Of a DNA stretch of 64,000 bases, positions 56,906 through 64,000 are shown one piece after another. Made by a program: the position numbers and the translations under genes. Within the stretch, counting starts at the first letter, position 1; each line of letters begins with the position of its first letter. The DNA comes from Amoebidium appalachense. Its lineage: Eukaryota > Protista > Ichthyosporea. The notes under the pieces are model-generated. The model saw only the letters and a program-made list of their open reading frames with translations, was not told the DNA's origin and searched no databases. The DNA is taken from positions 2,332,728-2,396,727 of the forward strand of contig CAVNZM010000018.1 of assembly GCA_963693365.1 (NCBI GenBank), given 5' to 3'.

Positions 56906-58426
56906 TCAAGCAACATACATTCTTCCGCCCCTCCCCTCCACCTTCTTCCTTACCTCCTCCACCTCCTCATTCTCCAAGTCAACACACCCATCCAGTGTCG
57001 CCGACACCATATATGGCAAGTCCCCCAACCAGAGGAATTCCTTTGCGCTTTGCCCACACTTGGAGAAGTAGCTGAAATTGCGCAATTTTGAGCACGCAGC
57101 AAGGGCTGATGCGCTCGACATCTCCGAGATGAACAAGTACAACTTTTCGAGTTTCGTGCACCTGGAAATGGGCGAAACGTCTGGACGGGAGTAATAGCGC
57201 GACAGATCGACAACCGCTAGAGATGTCAGCGCGGAACATTCGCTCAAAAAGGAAACCTCGAGCGGGGATTCGTCGGATGAGAGTTCGCCGGATAGATCCA
57301 GCACGCAGAGATGTGGCAGGGACGTGAAAAAATTCAAAGCGCCCAAGTTGGGTTCGCCTTCAAGCGCCAGTTCCGACAACTGCACACAGAAGGAAATGGG
57401 GGAGAGGTCCACCAGAGGGTGTAGGTCGACCAAGCGGAGTTTACACAAATTCCCGGCCGTTCTTAAAAATTTAAGCTGCCCCGCCTCCCCCTCTGCGGAC
57501 ATGATCTCAAGGTGGGTTAATGGCCAGTGTGAGATGTCGTCAGGAAGAGACGTCCCATAACAGGCCAAGGATTTAAGGCGTGGTGGGGGGATGAACCAAT
57601 CGGGTCTGACAGCTAACTCATCCGTTAGAATGTTCAATTTCTCAAGAGAAGCGCACTCAGAAATATACCTCAGGAAGGACTGTTCATCCTCTTGAACGGG
57701 TTGACAGGCCAGGCGGCGAAGATTGGGCAAAGTGGGCAAAACATGGATTCCCGTAAAGGCAATCGCCTCCCCCCAGACACGTGTTCTCAACTGTATCGCT
57801 TGTAGCTCAACACAGGTGGAAAGGGGTGATATATCAACTGGTTCGTGTAAATGGGTGTTGATGATTGCCCTTCTCAGCTTGAGCATGCTGGAAATTGGCG
57901 TTAGATCCGGTGGTTGGTCAAATAAATCAACCACTATGCTCTCTAGGGATGTGCAGAAGGAGAGGATTACTTTCATGTTCTTAATGGGGTTGTCGCTAAC
58001 TATGTCGCGTGTGCTAAGTTCCATCACACGGATGCTCTTTCCCCATGCCTCTATCCCCCTCTCCAAAACACGGGGGCTTAACCGTGGCACCCTCACAGAG
58101 TGGCAAAGAGGAGCAGAACGAGAGATAGCCTTCCATCTTCGACAAACCAGCGAACACCTAGCGCGAGTTTTGATGGAAAGAAAAGAAAAAATATGCGAGA
58201 GAACTTCATCTAAGTCGAGTGCGCGTGTCATTAAAGGAGAGGTGGGGTCTTGCAACTCTACTGGGAGTGAAAGGCTCTTGGTTTTGATGTCTTGTGTGTT
58301 TGCCATCTCTTCAGAATTCAACGGGTTTTGCAAAGGCGCGTCAGTAGATGTAGAACGTTTTCTAGCTGCTTTCTTGTTTTGAAACATGTAGCGAACCCAA
58401 TGTAAAAAGGAATGCATGTCGTTCAT
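56906..58426 (-). CDS. F-box/LRR protein (paralog 3); true start may be a downstream Met
   Basis: F-box LDLDEVLSHIFSFLSIKTRARCSLVCRRW, LERGIEAWG, many DLxPISxxxxLxxL repeats; intronless 506-aa ORF. Confidence 0.9.
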   Translation of the reverse strand: MNDMHSFLHWVRYMFQNKKAARKRSTSTDAPLQNPLNSEEMANTQDIKTKSLSLPVELQDPTSPLMTRALDLDEVLSHIFSFLSIKTRARCSLVCRRWKAISRSAPLCHSVRVPRLSPRVLERGIEAWGKSIRVMELSTRDIVSDNPIKNMKVILSFCTSLESIVVDLFDQPPDLTPISSMLKLRRAIINTHLHEPVDISPLSTCVELQAIQLRTRVWGEAIAFTGIHVLPTLPNLRRLACQPVQEDEQSFLRYISECASLEKLNILTDELAVRPDWFIPPPRLKSLACYGTSLPDDISHWPLTHLEIMSAEGEAGQLKFLRTAGNLCKLRLVDLHPLVDLSPISFCVQLSELALEGEPNLGALNFFTSLPHLCVLDLSGELSSDESPLEVSFLSECSALTSLAVVDLSRYYSRPDVSPISRCTKLEKLYLFISEMSSASALAACSKLRNFSYFSKCGQSAKEFLWLGDLPYMVSATLDGCVDLENEEVEEVRKKVEGRGGRMYVA

Positions 58427-58845
58427 TACTCGAACAACGTAGGCGAAAAAAAACGTTTCTCGTTTCTGGTTGCCGGTCAGCGTGATGACGGACTGGTAAC
58501 TTTAAAGGCAGAGGTAAACCTAAAAAAGATGCGCCTTCAGCCAATTGAAGTTTCTAATCGCACAAACATTTTTTCTTTTTTTCTTTTGGGAGTTGTTAGA
58601 TACTGTGTCTGTAAGGTGCGTGGCTTTAGCAGCCGTGGCCGTGTAGTAGGTACCATTAATAAGAGGTGGCCCATCTGTATTATAATGTACATATATCATG
58701 CATATGGGGCACATGATGTTGTGTTTCCGGATTGGCCGGAGGGAGCGGCCAAAAAAAGTGCAATGATCCCCTGTCTATCCAATATATATATCCCCCCTCC
58801 CCCCCCCCCCCCCCCCCCCCCCCCCTTTCCCCTCCCCCCCCCCCT

Positions 58846-58887
<42 letters not shown>

Positions 58888-59319
58888 AAGCCCTTTTGCA
58901 CGGCCGCGGCCATAACATGCAATATGGTTATGCAATGTACAGGTGCAGATGGGCACGTGGCAAAAATACGTAAAAGCACGTGCATGCGTTCCTTGGGGCC
59001 AGAAGAGTGTGTTGGTGCATGCACGTGAGGCACACACGTGCACACCATATCACTGACACATACAGACAGTGGTTTTTCATCTCAAATAGTTAGCCACGCC
59101 CAGCATGCCACGCAAAAATCGCTTGCGCAAGTGTATTGTGTATGTAAATATGCGTGCGAATCAATCACACGTAAAAAAAACAACAACACACAGCTCAGTA
59201 TTACATTTACCGGGGAAAAAAAAAAAAAAAAAAAAAAGAAAGAAAGAAAGGAGGGGGCCTAATTAGTAGCACCGTATTGCGGCTTACACACACAAGCAAG
59301 CAAACTTTTCAACGTTTCT

Positions 59320-59360
<41 letters not shown>

Positions 59361-59526
59361 TGAATAATCTCTCCGAGTCAATTGCAATATATAGCCTGGC
59401 TGCACAGCTGGTTAATTTTTTTTTTTTTTTTAAAACGACTAACAAGAAAATAAATCATTCGGCCCAAATAACATATATCAGAGTATCTCGTACATGTGCA
59501 AGGTCGTAAGACTGTACCTAATTAGG

Positions 59527-59616
<90 letters not shown>

Positions 59617-59951
59617 GGAGAGGGGGAGGGGGGGAGGGGGGGGGGGGGGGGGAGAAAGGGTTTTTACTTTCTTAAGTGTTGCGCTAAGGCGTGTATTACA
59701 TATGATTGGCGATGTCTGTGAGCGGGTGCGTGCCACGTGTGTGTACACACCGGCGCACATGTCGACAATTAAAAATTCATCCCCTTTCTCCTTTTCTCTC
59801 CCTTCCTTTTGTGGGGGATAGAGAGGGAGAAACCCGGCATCTAGTTGATGTGCGCAACCCAGGTGAGAAACCCCTCCAGCGCAAAGGGAGGCCTCAAAAT
59901 GATTAACCGTTATAAAAGAAAGTAAAACAGGCTGGGGAAAAAAAAAAAAAA

Positions 59952-59992
<41 letters not shown>

Positions 59993-60553
59993 CTGCAGCT
60001 AGCACCATTTGCCTGTTGATTTTTGTCAAGAGGAGATTTCCCGGGACGGGAGATCAAAGGACAAGCCAGGAAAAAAGGGATCGAGGGGGGGGGAAAGGGA
60101 AAGAAGGGGGGGGGGGGGGGGGGGGGGGGGGGGGAGGAGGGGGGGGGAGGGAGGGGGGGGGGGGGGGGGGGGGGGGAAACCCGATGGAATCGCTGGTACC
60201 AACGCAGAGAAAAAGGTACTTAGAATATGCACTGTTGGCTTGAGTTTATACGAGGGATTCTGAAACGAAAGTTCAGAGAGAAAGGAAGGAAAAAAGGAAG
60301 GGCAAAAAAAAAAAAAAAAAAAAAAAGAAACCCTAAACCCTAACCCTAAAAAAAAAAAAGAAAAAAAAGGGAGGAGGAGGAAGGAGCGGGGTGGGAGATG
60401 ATTTTTAGACGGTTAGACGAGGGATCCCAAAACGAAAGTTCAAAGAGTAAAAAAGAAAGGGAGAAACAAAAGAAAAGTAGAAAAAAGAAGAAAAAAAAGG
60501 AAGGGCCAAAAAAAAAAAGAACGGAAGGTGTGCACCCCTGCGTCGGGGGCCAT

Positions 60554-60625
60554 AGGGACCAGCCAGATTCGAACTAGCGACCTATCGGGCTGCAACCGAT
60601 TGCTCTACCACTGAGCTATAGCCCC
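60554..60625 (-). tRNA. tRNA-Cys (GCA)
   Basis: GGGGCTATAGCTCAGTGGTAGAGCAATCGGTTGCAGCCCGATAGGTCGCTAGTTCGAATCTGGCTGGTCCCT: 72-nt cloverleaf, ATCGG/CCGAT anticodon stem, GCA anticodon, TTCGAAT T-loop, U73 discriminator, downstream T-run. Confidence 0.93.
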
Positions 60626-60706
60626 TTCCGATGCCGGCCGGAGATTTCGTGAGCCTATATACTTCCATGAACTGGAAGTAGCTTTTGCGGGTTTTTTTTT
60701 TTTTTT

Positions 60707-60737
<31 letters not shown>

Positions 60738-60807
60738 GGGGGGGTATCGAGTTTGGGGGGCCCGGTGTGTGTGTGTGTGCGTGTGTGTGGACGGTGCACG
60801 TGGGGAA

Positions 60808-60839
<32 letters not shown>

Positions 60840-62592
60840 GTTGCATATACCGGAGCAGGTGCCTTGCCGCTGCCTGTGTAGCCTCAGTATTATTACTACA
60901 TCGTGCAGTTGCAGGAAAAACTGAGGCCATGGAGTATTACGTACGAGCTCCGATCTGATTGAACCGTAGTACATGAGTTCAATCAGTGAAGCACATTATA
61001 AGTTACATCGATGGCCAGCTGCCCCCCATGCATCGCGGCATGCGCATGCCACTGCGCGACACTCATGCATGCATATGTCAAACACGTACGCATGTGGCCA
61101 CGTGCACACACGTGTGTGAGGAAACCACCAAGCTAGAGTGCTATGTAGGAGGCCTTGGAAATCACATGCACATGCATTTTCAAAAATGTGCACGTACACA
61201 CGTGCAATTACACATGCACAATTATTTCACTTGTACGCGTATGCACATGCCGCAGCGCCTATTAGACACACGTGGAGATTTTTAATGCATTTCAAGATTC
61301 GCGAACAGTGGTGCACATAATATAATAAAAAGTTTTATAAAACAACTGAAACAGTTACTGTAGGAATATACCTGCACTTGTATGCACACACCCACTGATC
61401 ATGATCATCAGCTCTGCCAAACCATTCACATACATACATGCACATATCTCGAAGCCTTTACGGTAATGCGTGTACAACGCCCACTGTTACACACCCGTGC
61501 GCATGCACATATACGTATCATACCTTCAATTGCACACCCCCAAACGCCAAACACGCGTGCGCATAGTTACGTAGTGACTCTTAGACTACTTCCAACACAT
61601 GCAAACTCACGTGCACATGTACACTCTTCAAGTGCCCTCACATGTAACACAACCGCACTCATACTCCCTGCCCACGCAAAAGTTCACATGCAGCCCACAC
61701 GTAAACATAAAGAAAACATAAATGCATGTGCAAATATAATAGCACATGGTTTGTGAATACAGCAACCTTCCCACACGGTGACCGTTCACGGTCCAGCAGA
61801 AAAAACCTCCAATTCAACGGCTTTATTAAACTTTAAACAAAACACTGGGAATATGTGTTTGACTGTGCTCAACTTGCGGCTCCATAAACAACCTTCGTTT
61901 CTATCTTCTTTGCATACACGCTTACAGTATGTCCCAATCAAACTAACACTGCAACAATCCTAACCCAGAAGTAATAAAAAAACGTTCAGTTAAACCCGAA
62001 AATTGATTATGGTGGTTGAAAACAGGAGTAAAAAAGAAAAAAGCTATCACCGGTTCAACGGACAGGATTTATAAGCAAGAGTTACTGTAATGGTGATATA
62101 TATAATACAGATATATGCCTGACCGTTCCCAACTTGGTTTTCCTTCAAAAAAAAAAAAAAAAAAGGTAATCAATATTTGCATGCCTTCCATCGCGCCCGC
62201 TCTATGCAAACATGAGATACGCTTAGTGAGATATAACCAGTTATGGATATGCGTCATCCGGCAAAACACACCACTATGCACACAAGTTACACCGAAAAAG
62301 ACTCTCGAATTCAGATATAGGCACCTATTATACAGCTTTTTTTCTGTGTACCGATAAAGGCTTTTGCCTGCATTTGTACGCGCACGCACGTGCATGCCTG
62401 TCTGTGTGTGTGTGCATGTGCCCAACCATGTCTCTCTACGTCTTTCGTGTACGCAGTTCTGGCAGAGAGCAACAACAACATCGTAGAGACAGGTGCCTTG
62501 TCGAAGGTAAGGGGGCAAGATTGCCATGAAAGATAGAGAGAAAAGAGTGAAACAACATGCTGCTTATCTTGTGCCTGTGTGCCTGTGTGTGT

Positions 62593-62645
<53 letters not shown>

Positions 62646-62807
62646 CTCAATCGTCATCATCGCTGTCGTCGTCATCTTCCCCGTCATCGTGTTTGGACAC
62701 CATATCCCTGTACGAGGAAAAATAAAGTTCAACAATACATTTAAATTTACTACATGTGAATGATTGGATGAGAGTTAGCCCCCAATGTCAGCCCCACCAA
62801 TGATGCT

Positions 62808-62846
<39 letters not shown>

Positions 62847-62860
62847 CAGCATCGCTGGTA

Positions 62861-63358
62861 GGGCCTCCCAAGGATTCTGATTGAAGAATGACACAGGTTT
62901 TCATTGGCTGGCTTCGATTTTGCCATACAATTTCGCCATATATCAAAAATCTGATAACTAGCCAATGATAACCTGCGGCAGTTCATGTAGCCAATAATAA
63001 CCTGTGGCATTTTGAGCGTAGTAAACTTTTTTTGGTGCGAATCTTTTCCGCTGGCTGGGTTGTGATTTCCTCAGTCTAGAGCAAAAAACGGAGCGGCCAG
63101 GAGAAGAATGAAAACCTTGTGTTAAATTATTTATGTTATGCATGCGCTGTACGCGTCAAACGTTGGCGGTTAACGCGTACTGCTCATCGGTGGGATGGCT
63201 GTTTCGCGCCAAATTTGTGATATTACCTACTATTATTACCCCACCTCCAGCCTAGCTTAAGGTGTCGTCACCTACGCATGATAAACAGGTTTAGTAATAA
63301 TCTTTTAAGCAGTCGAATTTTTAATGAAAAGCCCTCTGATTGAATCCTTGTGAGGCCC
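62861..63358. mobile_element. Possible MITE with 17-bp TIRs
   Basis: gggcctcccaaggattc ... gaatccttgtgaggccc (1 mismatch); no clear target-site duplication. Confidence 0.45.
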
Positions 63359-63632
63359 CGCCAAGGTGGCTCAAAAATCTGATAGCCTACATTGCGTAGA
63401 CCATCTAATTACGTCATTCGAATCTGATGTAGTCTTTTGCGATCGACGCCACCGCGGCGGGGCCGAAATTTGGGGCTAGATGAGAGTACGACTCATTTGA
63501 ACACTTAAAACTGTATCAGTTAAAGGTGGCAGACCGACAGCAGATGCGTTTAGAGGCGAACTGTTGAGCACAAAGCCTACAAAGAATACACCAGAGCACG
63601 AAAAGAAGGGGGGGGGGGGGGGTGGGGGGGGG

Positions 63633-63895
63633 TTTTGAATGCGTCAAAAAGTACGAAGTACACAAGAACATACGGATAACACGATGCAGAATGCAAGCCA
63701 TACATAAAGAGTATGCATAATAAGCAGAGCCCATCCTCAGGGGGGGGGGGGGGGGGGGGGGATTTAAATGCAGAACACGGTACAAAGTAAACATACATGA
63801 TGAGAAGCTTGGTGCAGGACACATGCGAAGGCAAACATTCAAGTACGCAACAACAGCAATGCGCACAGTATGCGTCATTAGCAGAGCCCATCCTC
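63633..63895 (-). mobile_element. Two stacked 5'-truncated retroelement 3' termini (subfamily 1 at 63895-63762, subfamily 2 at 63740-63633)
   Basis: Reverse-complement matches to the 39278-39410 and 41765-41871 segments; each bounded by poly-G on the + strand. Confidence 0.85.
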
Positions 63896-64000
63896 GGGGA
63901 GGGGGAGGGGGGGAAGTATGTGTCAGAGAGTTGGAATTAGGGCGGAAAAGAAATCAAAAGACAAAGCACACACAAATCAATTTTCTTTTTTTTTTTTTAA

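Noticed and set aside
58350-58400. WVRYMFQNKKAARKR resembling homeodomain helix 3 upstream of the F-box
   Set aside because: The invariant W of WFQN is absent and upstream sequence gives no helices 1-2; probably chance or a basic NLS-like patch.
63445-63480. Helitron 3' end (GC hairpin + CTAG)
   Set aside because: The hairpin is imperfect, CTAG is followed by A rather than T, and there is no second copy in the window.

Overview
Eukaryotic genomic DNA with GT-AG spliceosomal introns, ACTAAC/TACTAAC branch points, and very dense poly-C/poly-G, (CA)n and (CT)n tracts. These tracts make almost all short ORFs in the supplied track spurious. A unicellular eukaryote, possibly an ichthyosporean/holozoan protist, is my guess only. 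Supported genes: an intronless secreted subtilisin (S8) with an aqualysin-like C-terminal domain; three intronless F-box/LRR paralogs (two with apparent 1-nt frameshifts); a 5-exon gene joining a Par3/HAL/TONSL-type ubiquitin-like domain to CENP-B/pogo HTH domains; a 2-exon secreted V8/glutamyl-endopeptidase-like S1 protease; a 13-exon, ~855-aa secreted protein made of an N-TIMP-like domain plus ten 8-Cys PSI-like repeats; and one tRNA-Cys(GCA). Non-genic DNA holds a poly-C-associated, 5'-truncating retroelement family lying beside a Penelope-like RT C-terminal fragment. That family carries a covarying k-turn/pseudoknot RNA fold. There is also a second duplicated structured motif, MITEs, LINE and possible Fanzor relics, and several minisatellites. 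All gene models and RNA folds were assembled by eye and need RNA-seq, HMM and covariance-model confirmation.
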